NCBI GenBank assembly: GCA_963822965.1 | Contig: CAWGJT010000006.1 | Span: 512,001 to 576,000, forward strand | DNA length: 64,000 nt | Direction: 5' to 3' | Source of the DNA: an uncultured delta proteobacterium | Lineage (GTDB): Bacteria > Myxococcota_A > UBA9160 > UBA4427 | Part shown: positions 19,733 to 30,200 of the stretch, in pieces | Layout of the letters: the number at the start of each line of letters is the position of its first letter | Position numbering within the stretch: the first letter of the stretch is position 1 | Program-made: the position numbers and the translations under genes | Notes under the pieces: model-generated | The model's database searches: none | The model's input: only the letters and a program-made list of their open reading frames with translations | Told to the model about the DNA's origin: nothing

Positions 19733-20386
19733 ATGTCGTCCAAGCCGTGCATCAAGGGCTCCAGCATCTCCAGCCTGGTCGAGGACCTCGCCAAGCTCCG
19801 GGACGCCGGCAGCATCTCCGAGGTCCTGCTCGAGCAGCACCTCACCGCCGACGACCGGGCCCTGCTCGATCGCGGCGCCAACCTCGCTGGCTGGTACGAC
19901 GTGCACAGCTATCGCCGCCTGGCCGAGCTGCTCTGCGAGGTGGAGGGCCGCCGGGACGATCTGCTCCGCGAGCGGGGTGCGGCGGCCGCCAGGCGCCTCG
20001 CCGCCGCCGGCATCTACCAGCAGATGGAGTCCGTCACCCGCCTCAAGGACGTGCAGCAGCTCGACGCCGACGCCCGCTTCCAGGCCTACGGACGCACCCT
20101 GCGACTCGTCGCCACCCTGAGCGGCAGCATCCTGAACTTCGGCACCTGGGTGGTGAAGCCCGATCCGGATCACCCGGACGACCGCTACTGCATCGAGATC
20201 CAGGGCGGCGACGCGATGCCCGACGTGCTCGCGATCACCACCGAGGGCTTCGTCAACGCCATGGCCGAGCTCGGCACCTCGGGGGCCACCGGACGCTCCG
20301 ACACCTGGAAGCTCGAGCGCCGCCAGGGCATGCTCCTCTTCCGGATGACCCGCTCACCCTTCCGAAGGTCCCCCGACTCGAAGTAG
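19733..20386 (+). CDS. Hypothetical cytoplasmic protein
   Basis: ATG with GAGGA SD, strong GC3 codon bias, 217 aa; no family recognised with confidence. Confidence 0.75.
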   Translation: MSSKPCIKGSSISSLVEDLAKLRDAGSISEVLLEQHLTADDRALLDRGANLAGWYDVHSYRRLAELLCEVEGRRDDLLRERGAAAARRLAAAGIYQQMESVTRLKDVQQLDADARFQAYGRTLRLVATLSGSILNFGTWVVKPDPDHPDDRYCIEIQGGDAMPDVLAITTEGFVNAMAELGTSGATGRSDTWKLERRQGMLLFRMTRSPFRRSPDSK

Positions 20387-20410
20387 GAAGCTCGCGACGC
20401 GGAAAGGACG

Positions 20411-21844
20411 CTATTCGAGGCGTCCCCGCCGACGCTCGAGCTCCAGCACGATGCGAGCGTGCGCGGCCTCGTCCAGGTCGAAGCGCGAGAAGAGGACGAT
20501 CGCGCCCACGTAGCACACGGCGGGCAGCAGGCCGATCAGCGCGAGCATGGCGGTCTGGGTGGCCTCGGTCTGGGTCGGCGAGGTGCCGTCGTATCCCACG
20601 GCCTGGAGGACGAATCCGGTGGTCATGGCGGTGACGCCGCCGGCCGCCTTGCGCAGGAAGTTCCAGACGGCGCCGTAGACGCCCTCCTTGCGCTCGCCCG
20701 TGCGCAGCTCGTCGTAGTCGATCACGTCGGCCTGCACCGAGGGCGCCACCACGTTCCCGCAGCCGCTGCCGATCCCCAGCAGGAAGACGACGACGAAGAC
20801 GATCACGTACGAATCCCGGCCGACGAAGAAGATGCCCGCGTAGGCGAGCATCGTCGCCGTCATGCCGAAGAGCCAGAGCTTCTTCTTCCCGACGCGTCGC
20901 GACGCCCACACCCACACCGGCGTGAAGGCCAGCGCGGGCGCCACGTACATCAGGATGAACACCTCGGTGAGATTCGGCGCGTTCACCACGTACTTCATCA
21001 CGTACGGGGCGAGCATGCCGATGCTCGCGGTGCCGAAGGTCTCGATGGCGTAGACGAAGACCAGCAGGCGGCCGTGGGGATTGCGGAAGACGTCGCCGAA
21101 GGCGGCGCGGATGTCCACCGAGCCGCGCCCCTGGAACTCGGCCCGCTCGGGCACGCGAATCGCCGCGTAGAAGATCATCCCGGCGACCAGCAGACCACCG
21201 CCCAGGGACACCGCGAGGGCCATGGACCGGGGGTCCTGCGCGGTGCGCACCAGCCACACGGCGCCGAGGCCCACCCCGAGCCCCAGGGAGCTGATGATGT
21301 GGCGATAGGCGAAGAGCCGCGTGCGCTCGTGGTAGTCGGGGGTCAGCTCCATGCCCAGGGCGCCGTGGGGCACGTAGAAGGCCGTCGCGGCCGTCTCGTA
21401 GAGCAGGTACGCGAAGCCCATCCAGACGACCAGGGTCGCCTCGGTGATGAACGTCGGCGGCGACCAGAGCATCACCATCGAGGCGCAAACCGGCAGCGCC
21501 GAGGCGTACATCCAGGCCCGGCGCCGGCCCCGGCGCGCCGTCGAGCGATCGGACCAGTAGCCCGCAAGCGGGTCCGAGACGGCGTCCCACACGCGTCCGA
21601 TGCCGAAGATCACCCCCATCGCGGCCGGTGCGATCAGCAGCACGTCGGTGCTGTAGATCATCAGGTAGACGGTGAAGAGGATGCCCATGCCGTTCATGCC
21701 GAAGAGCGGCAGGCAGTAGGCCCACAGGACGCGCTGGGGCAGCCGGCGGGCTCCCTCGGCGGGCGGCGTTTCGGGAGCGGCGCCCGGAGGCCCGCTGCCC
21801 CGCGAGGAGACGGTGTCGGTCACGGCACTGGCATGCTCCCACAT
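20411..21844 (-). CDS. MFS transporter, glycoside-pentoside-hexuronide (GPH/MelB-like) family
   Basis: RVWDAVSDPLAGYWSDR, GRRRAW, ELTPDYHERTR, ADVIDYDELRTGERKEG; exact start uncertain. Confidence 0.88.
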   Translation of the reverse strand: MWEHASAVTDTVSSRGSGPPGAAPETPPAEGARRLPQRVLWAYCLPLFGMNGMGILFTVYLMIYSTDVLLIAPAAMGVIFGIGRVWDAVSDPLAGYWSDRSTARRGRRRAWMYASALPVCASMVMLWSPPTFITEATLVVWMGFAYLLYETAATAFYVPHGALGMELTPDYHERTRLFAYRHIISSLGLGVGLGAVWLVRTAQDPRSMALAVSLGGGLLVAGMIFYAAIRVPERAEFQGRGSVDIRAAFGDVFRNPHGRLLVFVYAIETFGTASIGMLAPYVMKYVVNAPNLTEVFILMYVAPALAFTPVWVWASRRVGKKKLWLFGMTATMLAYAGIFFVGRDSYVIVFVVVFLLGIGSGCGNVVAPSVQADVIDYDELRTGERKEGVYGAVWNFLRKAAGGVTAMTTGFVLQAVGYDGTSPTQTEATQTAMLALIGLLPAVCYVGAIVLFSRFDLDEAAHARIVLELERRRGRLE

Positions 21845-21875
21845 CCGGCGCAGACCCGACAGCGCCGCAGGGGAC

Positions 21876-22607
21876 TCATCCCTCGGCGACGTAGCGACGC
21901 AGCCACTCGACGCAGCGACGCCACGCGTCCGCGGCGGCCTCGGGTCGGTGGCTCGGACGCGAGGCGTTGAGGAAGGCGTGACCCGCTCCGTCGTAGCTCA
22001 CGAGCTCATGGGTCACGCCGAGCCGGGTGAGCTCGGCGTCGAGCCGCGCGACGTCCTCGGGACTCGGGTTCGTGTCCTCTCGCCCGAACAGACCCAGCAC
22101 GGGACAGGCGATGCGATCGCCGCGATCGAAGGGCGACTCCGCGGCTTCGCCCGCGTCCGCCCAGGCCGTCCCGATGCTGCCGCCGTAGAAGACCACGGCG
22201 GCCCGCAGGGCCGGGTCGTGGGTCGCCATCAGCCAGGCGATCCGCCCCCCCATGCAGAAGCCGATGACCCCCGTGCGTCGGGGATCCACCGCGGGTTGGC
22301 CACGCAGCCAGGCGGCGGTCGCCGCGAGGTCGCGCACGACCTCGCGATCGCGCAGCAGGGCCATCCGTTCCAGGGGACCCCGCGAAGCCGCCTCGGGACC
22401 CGACGGCTGCCGGTGGTAGAGGTCCGGCGCCACGGCCGCGAAGCCGCCGTCACCCAGACGATCCAGGATGTCGAGGATGAAGCCGTCCACGCCTGGCGCG
22501 TGCATGCACACGATGACCCCCGGCGTCGTCCCGGACGCGACGTCCGGAAGGATCACGTGCGCCGGCATCGGGGCGCCGTCCACGGGGATCTCGACTTCGA
22601 TGGCCAC
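21876..22607 (-). CDS. Dienelactone hydrolase family protein
   Basis: APDLY, GFCMGG nucleophile motif, FYG, GAGHAF; GTG start at 22607. Confidence 0.9.
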   Translation of the reverse strand: MAIEVEIPVDGAPMPAHVILPDVASGTTPGVIVCMHAPGVDGFILDILDRLGDGGFAAVAPDLYHRQPSGPEAASRGPLERMALLRDREVVRDLAATAAWLRGQPAVDPRRTGVIGFCMGGRIAWLMATHDPALRAAVVFYGGSIGTAWADAGEAAESPFDRGDRIACPVLGLFGREDTNPSPEDVARLDAELTRLGVTHELVSYDGAGHAFLNASRPSHRPEAAADAWRRCVEWLRRYVAEG

Positions 22608-22609
22608 GA

Positions 22610-23791
22610 TCAGCCCTCTTGCCCGGGCGCGCCGGTCTCCCCGGCTCGCGCTCCTGCCAGGCCCGGGCGCTCGGGTGCGAAGTGCTCCGCGCGCACGCCG
22701 GCGGCGAGGAGATCGTCGGGCAGGCGGCCGTCGCCGATCAGACCCGCTGCGGCGCGCGCAGCCCCGGACGAGGTCATGATGCCGAAGCCCCCCTGTCCCA
22801 CCAGCCAGAAGAAGCCCTCTCGCTCGGCGTCCATTCCGATCACCGGCAGGCGATCGGCCACGAAGCTGCGCAGGCCCGCCCAGCGCCGGCGAATGTGCCG
22901 GAGCTCCAGGGTCGTGGCGCGCCGCACGCGCTCGGCGGCGAGGGCCACCGCGAGATCGTCGGGCTCGGCGTCGCAGGGCTCGCTGGGCGTCTCGTCGCAC
23001 GGGGAGGCCAGCAGCTGGACGCCTTCGGGCTTCAGGTAGAAGTCGTCGTCCGCGTCGAGCAGGCACGGCCACCCGCGCACGTCGACCCCCTCCGGCGGGT
23101 CGAAGGTGAGGGCCGTGCGTCGCAGCGGTCGCAGCCCCACTGGACGCGCGCCCGCCAGACGACCCACCGCCTCTCCCCAGGCCCCCGCCGCGTTCACCAC
23201 GACCGCCGCCGTGTGCCGCGAATCGCCGCAGCGCACCTCCCAGGCGCCGCCACGACGAGCCACGGACGTCACCTCGGCGCCGGTCCACAGCTCGCCGCCG
23301 CGGGCCCGGAAGCCGCGCAGGAAGCCGGCGAGCAGGACCGCCACGTCGATGCTGCAGGAATCGGGCTCGAGGATCGCCGCGGCCGCGTAGCCCTCGCGCA
23401 GGACCGGACACAGCCCACGGGCTTCCTCGCCGGAGAGCTCCTGCAGGCGGATGCCCGCCTGCGCGGCGAGCTTCGCGGCGTCGGCCAGGCGCTGGCGCTG
23501 GTCCGCTCTCGCCACCGTGAGGCTCGGTCGCGGCCGCAGGATCGCGACCGCCGAGAAGCCCTCGGGCGGATCGGCGAGGAAGGCTCGACTCGCGCGGGTG
23601 AGCCGCTGCACGGCGGGTCTGCCGTAGCTCTCCACCAGGAACGCCGCCGAGCGGCCGGTGGTGTGCTGCCCCGCCATCCGCTCCCGCTCGAGCAGCACGA
23701 CGCTTCCCCGCGACTGCAGCTCGTAGGCCGCCGACGCGCCCGCGATGCCGGCGCCGATCACCACGAAGTCCGAGCTCGTGCTGCGACTCAT
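22610..23791 (-). CDS. FAD-dependent oxidoreductase (D-amino-acid oxidase/glycine oxidase family)
   Basis: VIGAGIAGAS Rossmann motif, HTTGRSAA, VVNAAGAW, WAGLRSF, GQGGFGI. Confidence 0.9.
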   Translation of the reverse strand: MSRSTSSDFVVIGAGIAGASAAYELQSRGSVVLLERERMAGQHTTGRSAAFLVESYGRPAVQRLTRASRAFLADPPEGFSAVAILRPRPSLTVARADQRQRLADAAKLAAQAGIRLQELSGEEARGLCPVLREGYAAAAILEPDSCSIDVAVLLAGFLRGFRARGGELWTGAEVTSVARRGGAWEVRCGDSRHTAAVVVNAAGAWGEAVGRLAGARPVGLRPLRRTALTFDPPEGVDVRGWPCLLDADDDFYLKPEGVQLLASPCDETPSEPCDAEPDDLAVALAAERVRRATTLELRHIRRRWAGLRSFVADRLPVIGMDAEREGFFWLVGQGGFGIMTSSGAARAAAGLIGDGRLPDDLLAAGVRAEHFAPERPGLAGARAGETGAPGQEG

Positions 23792-23801
23792 TTCCCGCCG
23801 C

Positions 23802-24446
23802 TCATTGGAAGCGGACACGCAGCCCGCCCATCCCCGTGAAGCCGCCGACCTGGTCCGTCTGGTAGTTGCCGCCCTTCCGCTTCCACACGTCGGAGGCGTT
23901 GCCGATGCGCGCCTCGCCGAACGCCTGCAGCCACGGGACGAAGGGCACGGGCACCTCGACGCCCGCCAGCCCCAGCAGGGTGAGCCCCCCGCTCACGTCG
24001 CTGCGCACCTTGTCGCCCGGAATGCCGCTGGCGTGGTCGTCGTCCACGTCGTGGATCAGGAAGCCCACGCCGACGCCCACGTAGGGCGAGACGATCGCCT
24101 TCGGAAACGGGTGGTACTGGAACTGGAAGCGCAGCGCGAAGGTGTCGTAGTCGGGACGGAAGTCCTGCTTGAGGTCGGCTTCGAAGCGCCGGTACTCGAA
24201 CTCTCCGCCGACCCAGAAGCGATCCGAGCCGAAGCCCCGGTGGAACATGCCGGAGACGTCGTATCCGCGGCTGCCGTCCCAGGGAAGGAAGACACCGCTG
24301 CCGACGCTCACGTGGTAGGGACGGACCGAGCCGTGGCGGGGCTTCTCGGGAGCCGCCGGCGCCCCCTCCTCGGCCGCCGCGACCGAAAGCGCCGCGCCTT
24401 GCAGAGCCGACGTGCTCGCGACGAGAACGAGGAGCGCACGGCGCAT
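23802..24446 (-). CDS. Small outer-membrane beta-barrel protein
   Basis: Signal peptide MRRALLVLV..., alternating beta-strands, SPYVGVGVG, C-terminal GGLRVRFQ; start uncertain. Confidence 0.7.
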   Translation of the reverse strand: MRRALLVLVASTSALQGAALSVAAAEEGAPAAPEKPRHGSVRPYHVSVGSGVFLPWDGSRGYDVSGMFHRGFGSDRFWVGGEFEYRRFEADLKQDFRPDYDTFALRFQFQYHPFPKAIVSPYVGVGVGFLIHDVDDDHASGIPGDKVRSDVSGGLTLLGLAGVEVPVPFVPWLQAFGEARIGNASDVWKRKGGNYQTDQVGGFTGMGGLRVRFQ

Positions 24447-24622
24447 ACGCCTGGAGAATGGCCCTCGCCCGACACCGCTCCCCGAGTCGCCCTCGATCCT
24501 CGCGTCGACCATCCTGCAGCCTCCCGCGGCTCCCGGCGCGCGAACGCCCGAAGCCAATGCCGCGCCCCGTGAATGCCGCGCCATGATACGCGAGGGGTGA
24601 CCCGGCCGCGCGCCGAACGCTC

Positions 24623-25567
24623 TCACGCGCGACGCACGCGAGACACCACCTGCGCCAGCAGGCCGGGATCGACGTTGCCGCCCGAGAGCACCACGCCGCA
24701 GCGGCCCCGTCCCTCGCGCAACGCCAGGGCCAGCGCGGCCGCACCCGAGGGCTCGAGCACCAGGCGCAGCTCGGAAAGCGCCCACGCCATGGCGTCCAGC
24801 ATCTCCTCGTCCTCGACCAGCTCGATGCGCGAGACGTGCTTCGCGAGCACGGGCCAGGTGAGCTCCCCGGGCGTTCGAACCCGCAAGCCGTCCGCGATGG
24901 TGCGCGGCGGGGGCACGCTCACGCGTTCGCCCGCGGCGAGGCTCCGCCGCGTGTCGTCGGCGTCCACGGGCTCGACGCCGATGATCTCGGCGTGGGGCGA
25001 CAGGGCCTTCACGGCAACCGCACAGCCCGCCATCAGGCCGCCGCCGCTCACCGGCGCGTAGAAGCGATCGAGCTCGCCCGCGTCCTCGACGAGCTCGAGG
25101 CCGCAGGTCCCCTGCCCGGCCGCCACCCACGGATCGTCGAAGGGCGGCACCGCCACCAGCTCGCGCTCCCGCGCCAGCTCCCGCGCGCGCTGGGCGCGCT
25201 CGTCGCTGTCCGGTCCCACCTCGATCACCTCGGCGCCGTCGGCCAGGGCGCGCGCCCGCTTCGCCGGCGGCGCGTCGTTTGGCATCACGATGACCGCGTG
25301 CATGCCGAGCACGCGGGCCGCCCGGGCGACGGCCTGGGCGTGGTTGCCCGAGGAGTGGGCCACGACGCCGGGGCAATCGCGCGGCAGGCGCAGCATCTTG
25401 GCGAAGGCGCCCCGCAGCTTGAAGGCGCCGGTGGGCTGCAACGACTCGGGCTTGAGCAGGAGGTCGCAGCGCGGGCGCTCCACGCGCAGCAGCGGCGTCC
25501 GCACCACGTAAGGCCGGATGCGTGCCGCCACGTCGCGGATCGTCTCCAGGGAGAGCCGGTCGATCAA
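24623..25567 (-). CDS. PLP-dependent threonine/serine dehydratase (serine racemase-like)
   Basis: KPESLQPTGAFKLRGA (PLP Lys), SSGNHAQ, GQGT, SGGGL, TIADG, EPSGA, SGGN; TTG start overlaps the top6A stop (TTGA). Confidence 0.9.
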   Translation of the reverse strand: MIDRLSLETIRDVAARIRPYVVRTPLLRVERPRCDLLLKPESLQPTGAFKLRGAFAKMLRLPRDCPGVVAHSSGNHAQAVARAARVLGMHAVIVMPNDAPPAKRARALADGAEVIEVGPDSDERAQRARELARERELVAVPPFDDPWVAAGQGTCGLELVEDAGELDRFYAPVSGGGLMAGCAVAVKALSPHAEIIGVEPVDADDTRRSLAAGERVSVPPPRTIADGLRVRTPGELTWPVLAKHVSRIELVEDEEMLDAMAWALSELRLVLEPSGAAALALALREGRGRCGVVLSGGNVDPGLLAQVVSRVRRA

Positions 25568-26871
25568 GGCAGGAAGGCTCCCACGTTGCGGAGCTTCGCG
25601 GGCAGGTACTCCTCGATCACGTAGTTCAGCCCCCACATCGCCAGGGACTGCTGCTCCGCGCGGACACCCATCTGCAGGAGCTGCTCGATCGCCTTCCGCC
25701 ACGGCTTGCTGGCCTGGAAGAAGGGGTCGTTCTTGAGGGCGTCCCGGGCGCGCTTGACGTCGACCTCCTGGAGCGGGTGGGTCGGCAGCTGGTAGTCGAT
25801 GATGTCCTGGGGTGTGACGCCGAGATAGCGCGCCTTCGGGACGCAGAAGAACTGGGAGAGATGGGCGGCGTTCCCCGAGCCCACCTTGAGGGTGCGGTAG
25901 ATGTTCGAGATGCCGTAGGGATCGCAGTCCACGAAGGCATAGACCGGAATGGCGCAGTCGTCGGAGAGCTTGCGGATGAACCGCCGGCACGCGCGCGCCG
26001 GCACGCCGGCCATGTTCACCAGGATGCAGTCGCGCGCCTGCCAGAACTTGTGGCTCTGGAGCCGCTGGAAGACGCCGCCCGTCTCGATCGCCAGGATGAA
26101 CTTCGCCTTCGTCTCGAAGGAAAGGTGCTCGACGCTGGAGGGAATCGAGTACGCGCCCGACCCGAAGCGCGTGCAGTCGATCCGCTCGATGCGTCCGCTG
26201 TCGCGGTCCGGGTCGAGCACGACCAGTCTCCCGGCGACGGCGCCGTTGTAGCCCTCGTCGGGGACGAAGCGCAGCTGCTCCCGCGAGACGCCCCGCAGCG
26301 AGAACATGGCCTCGATGTCGTCCATCACCGTGTCCGACTCGGTCTGGTCGTCGAACTTGGCTTCTTCCCAGTTCTTGCTCTGGTAGTACGCGTCCCGCTT
26401 CGTCGCGAAGTCGTTCGCCTCGACGAGATCCTTCGAGAGGCCCATCATGCGCAGGGTCTGGGCGAAGTTGCGCACCGTGTTGACGGTGAGGGTCCGCTGC
26501 TTCTTGTGCTTGCCGATCTCGAAGTACCCGCGCTTCTCCGAATACGAGACGTTCGAGAGCGATCGCACCGGGAACTCGAGGTCCGGCTTGCGTCCCTTCA
26601 GGATGTCCCGGTAGACGTCGTCCGCTCGGTCGTGGATGAGCCGAAGGGTCAGGTCGTCGGCCTTCTTCGTGGCCCGGGAGCGCTCGCCGGAGAGCCCCGT
26701 GCGGCCGCGCGCCGGCTTGCGCGCGGCCTTCTTCGCACGCGGCCCGCCGGCCGCGCCCCGCCGGACGGACTTCTTCGCCGCGCGGGAGGGCTTCTTCTTC
26801 GCGCTCGCCTGGGCCGGGCGGCGCGCCGGCTTCTTCTTCGCGCTCTTCTTGCGGGTCTTGCGGGCTGCCAC
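25564..26871 (-). CDS. top6A: DNA topoisomerase VI subunit A (Spo11-like) with basic N-terminal extension
   Basis: TKRDAYY catalytic Tyr helix, ESDTVMDDIE, AIETGG (TOPRIM Glu), GVPARACRRF, DCDPYG DxD motif, RAEQQ; GTG start with GGAGAGGA SD. Confidence 0.93.
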   Translation of the reverse strand: MAARKTRKKSAKKKPARRPAQASAKKKPSRAAKKSVRRGAAGGPRAKKAARKPARGRTGLSGERSRATKKADDLTLRLIHDRADDVYRDILKGRKPDLEFPVRSLSNVSYSEKRGYFEIGKHKKQRTLTVNTVRNFAQTLRMMGLSKDLVEANDFATKRDAYYQSKNWEEAKFDDQTESDTVMDDIEAMFSLRGVSREQLRFVPDEGYNGAVAGRLVVLDPDRDSGRIERIDCTRFGSGAYSIPSSVEHLSFETKAKFILAIETGGVFQRLQSHKFWQARDCILVNMAGVPARACRRFIRKLSDDCAIPVYAFVDCDPYGISNIYRTLKVGSGNAAHLSQFFCVPKARYLGVTPQDIIDYQLPTHPLQEVDVKRARDALKNDPFFQASKPWRKAIEQLLQMGVRAEQQSLAMWGLNYVIEEYLPAKLRNVGAFLP

Positions 26872-26983
26872 GTCCTCTCCCGATCCCCGGATGTCGGACC
26901 CACGCAGGTTGTTCACGCCGAAACGCGCTGAGCCCTGCCATCAGCGGGACCTTCCCGAGGGCTCGGCGAGGCCGCTGGTGATT

Positions 26984-27180
26984 CTAGTGGGTGATCCCGG
27001 GTCGTAGCGAGCCGCCCCGATGTGCCGAGATTCGAGGGGCATGGCGGTAGGCCCAGCGGCGGTCGAGAGTCTTTGCCGTTGGTACGCGGCGTGTAGGGAC
27101 CGGCGAAGCGCTGTCGGACGCCGTTCTCCAGCAGAGCCCCTCGACTGTGAACAACCCCATCAGGCACCACACCCAGCCCA
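26984..27180. repeat. Degenerate long palindromic element
   Basis: Begins CTAG; paired arms TCGAGGGGC/GCCCCTCGA, CAGCG/CGCTG and GCCG/CGGC around central TACGC-GGC-GTGTA (~27089); ends poorly defined. Confidence 0.5.
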
Positions 27181-27212
27181 GGAGCCACCGCGGGGTCGCC
27201 TCGGGGGTCGGC

Positions 27213-30200
27213 TCACGAGGCCGAAGCCGCGACCAGAAACAGCGGGCTGCGGCTGGACACCTGGAGCAGCACGGGCAGCACCACGAGCACCAGCGGGAGC
27301 TGGAAGACCAGACCGGACACGATGGCGATCGCCAGCGGCTGGAGCATGGCCGAGCCCTCGCCGATGCCGAGAGCCAACGGCGCCAGGGCGAGGATGGCGG
27401 CGAAGGTGGTCATCGCGATCGGACGCATGCGATTCGCCCCGGCTCGAATGAAACGCTCCTCGGAAGCCGGTAGCTCCACGTATTCCGAATAGTAGAAGAT
27501 TGCGACTTCGGTCACGATGCCGATGATCATTGTCATGCCCATGCGAGAGGTGATGTTGAACTCGGTGCCGGTCACCCACAAGCCGAGATACACGCCCGCC
27601 ACCGCGAGCAACGTCGTCACCAGCATCGCTCCGGCCACGCGGAAGGTCTCGTAGAGGAAGAGGAGCAGAAGAAAGACGAGCGCAACGGCAATGACGAGTA
27701 TGATCGTCAGCCCGCGAAAGGCGATCTGCTGCTGCTCGTAGAGCCCACCCAGGGAGAAGGTGACACCATCGGGCAGCAGCCCGCGTTCGCTGAGCACCGT
27801 CTTCACCTCGGCGACGGTGGAGCCGAGGTCGCGACCGGCGATGCGGCCGGTCACGGCGACCATCCGCTTGAGGTCGTCGCGCGTGATTTCAGGCTGGCCG
27901 ATGACGGGGGTGAGCGTCGCCACACGCTTGAGTGGAAAGAGGTGACCGTCCGCGGCACGCAGCAACAGGTTGCCGAGATCGGCCTCCGTCCTTCGATCCG
28001 CCTGCGGGATCCAGACGCGCACCCCGATCACCTTCGGTCCGCGCTGGATGCCCGACGTGACGGCACCGCCGAGAAAGTCGCCGACCGCCTGGGTGATCGC
28101 GTCGGGGTCCATCCCCTCGAGGCCCGCCTTGACGCGATTCACCTCGATGTTCAACGCGTCACCGGCCGGGACGATGCCGTCCTTGACCTCGATCACGCCA
28201 TCGACCTTCGAGATCGCCTCGGCCACGGCGGGGCCGACCTGCTCCAGGACGGATTCTTCGTTGGAATAGAGCTTGATCTCGATCGGCTGCGGGACGCTGG
28301 TGAGGTCGCCGATGAGATCCTCCATGAGCTGGGCGGTCTCGATTTGGAGGCCGGGCACCGTCCTCTCGACCCGGGTGCGAACGTCTTCCATGATGGTCTC
28401 GATCGGCCGGCGGGGAAGCGGCACCAGGCGGACGAAGAAATCCCCGACGTTCGCCTCCGAGATCCCGCCCCCGAGCTGAAGCCCGGTCCGTCGCGAGTAG
28501 GTCTGAACGTCCGGAGTGGCCCGAAGGATGTCCTCGACCCGCCGAAGCAGTCGATCCGTCTCGGAGAGCGAGGTGCCGGGCGGCGAGAGGTAGTCGAGAA
28601 TGAAGCCTCCCTCGTCCATCACGGGCATGAATCCGGTGGCCCCGTTGCGGAAGCCGAGCACTCCGCCGCCCACCAGCGGAACGAGAAAGAGCAGCACGAG
28701 CCACGGGCGGGCGAAGAGCACCCGCATGAGGCGTTCGTAGAGACTCGGGACCGGGCCCGAGAAACGACCGCCTTCCTCCCGGACGTCCCGTTCGGTCAGG
28801 AGGCGCGCCGCGAGGATGGGAACGCCGACGAGCGAAAGGAAGAAGGAGATCACGAGGCTCGACGCCATCGTCAGCGAGAGCGCCTTGAAGAACGCGCCCG
28901 TCACTCCGGAAAGGAAGGCCAGCGGTGTGAAGATGATGATCGTGGCCGACGACGATCCAACCAGGGGCCGCGTGAACTCCGTCGCCGCCGCCAGCACCCG
29001 CTCGCGAATCCCCCCTTCCCCTCCCTCGCGGACGCGGCGGACGATGTGCTCGATCATGACGATGGCATCGTCGATGATGAGACCGACCGCCGCCGCCATG
29101 CCGCCGAGCGTCATGATGTTGAAGCTCATCCCGAGCACGGAGAGCAGCAGAATGGTCGCAGCCAGCACGGCGGGCACCGTGAGGATGGCGATGAACGTCA
29201 CCTTCCAGTCGCGCAGGAAGACGAGCAGCACGAGCGCGGCCAGGGCGATCCCGACGAGCACGGCGTCGCGGGTACTCGAGGCGGAAGCGATGATCAGGTC
29301 GCTCTGGTCGTACCAGTTGGCGACCCGAACGTCCGCGGGAAGCTGCTTCTCGAGCTCGGCGAGCTTCGCCTTGACGCCTTCCGCGATCTGGACGGTATTC
29401 CCTCCGGGCTGCTGGTAGACCTGGAAGAGAACGGCGTCGCGGCCGTCGGCGGTCACGCGAATCCACTGCGGCTGGGTGGAGCGCTCGACCGCCGCGACGT
29501 CGTCGAGCAGGACGACTCCGTATGGCGTCGACCGGAGGACGGTCCGGGAGATCTCCTCGAGGTTCTTGAACCGGGTATCGGAGATGACGAGGTAGAGCTT
29601 GTCGTTCTCTTCGAGCCGGCCTACCGCCGTGAGCACGTTCGAAGCGGAGAGCGCCTTGGCCACGTCGGCGAGCGTGAGGCCGAAGGATTGGAGCTTGGCC
29701 ACGTCGGCCACGACGCGGAATTCCTCGACGCGGCCCCCCTGCACGCCGATGCGGGAGACGCCGGTCACGGTCGTCAGCGCCGGTCGCAGGGTGTAGAGGG
29801 CGAGATCGCGCAGCTCGGTGAGCGGTCGCGCGTTCGAGGTGAGGCTGTAGGCGATCACCGGAAACACGGTGGGATCCATGCGCTCGGCGTCGAACGAGGT
29901 GCCCGGCGGCAACGCCGGTATCACCTTGTTCACCTCCGACTCGGCCTGGAGCAGGGCGCTCGTCATGTCCTGGCCCCAGTCGAAGTTCACGGAGATCTGC
30001 GCGCTGCCCCGGCTCGTCGTGGAGCGCACGCCGCGCACGCCGGGGATGGCGCGGACGGCTTCTTCGATGGGTGTCGTCACCTCGACGACCATGCGCTCGG
30101 CCGGCCGGTCGCCGGCCTCGAGATCGATGCGGACGCGCGGGAAGCTGACCTGCGGAAAGAGGCTCACCGGGAGCTGGCAGCTGCTCATCGCCCCGGCCGC

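Noticed and set aside
25564..26871. Top6A as a defence-system TOPRIM nuclease (Wadjet JetD-like)
   Set aside because: A cognate full-length top6B is present and no SMC/kleisin genes are nearby
24623..26941. 772-aa ORF as a Topo VI-dehydratase fusion
   Set aside because: The upstream part is out of frame with top6A; these are two genes with a 4-nt overlap
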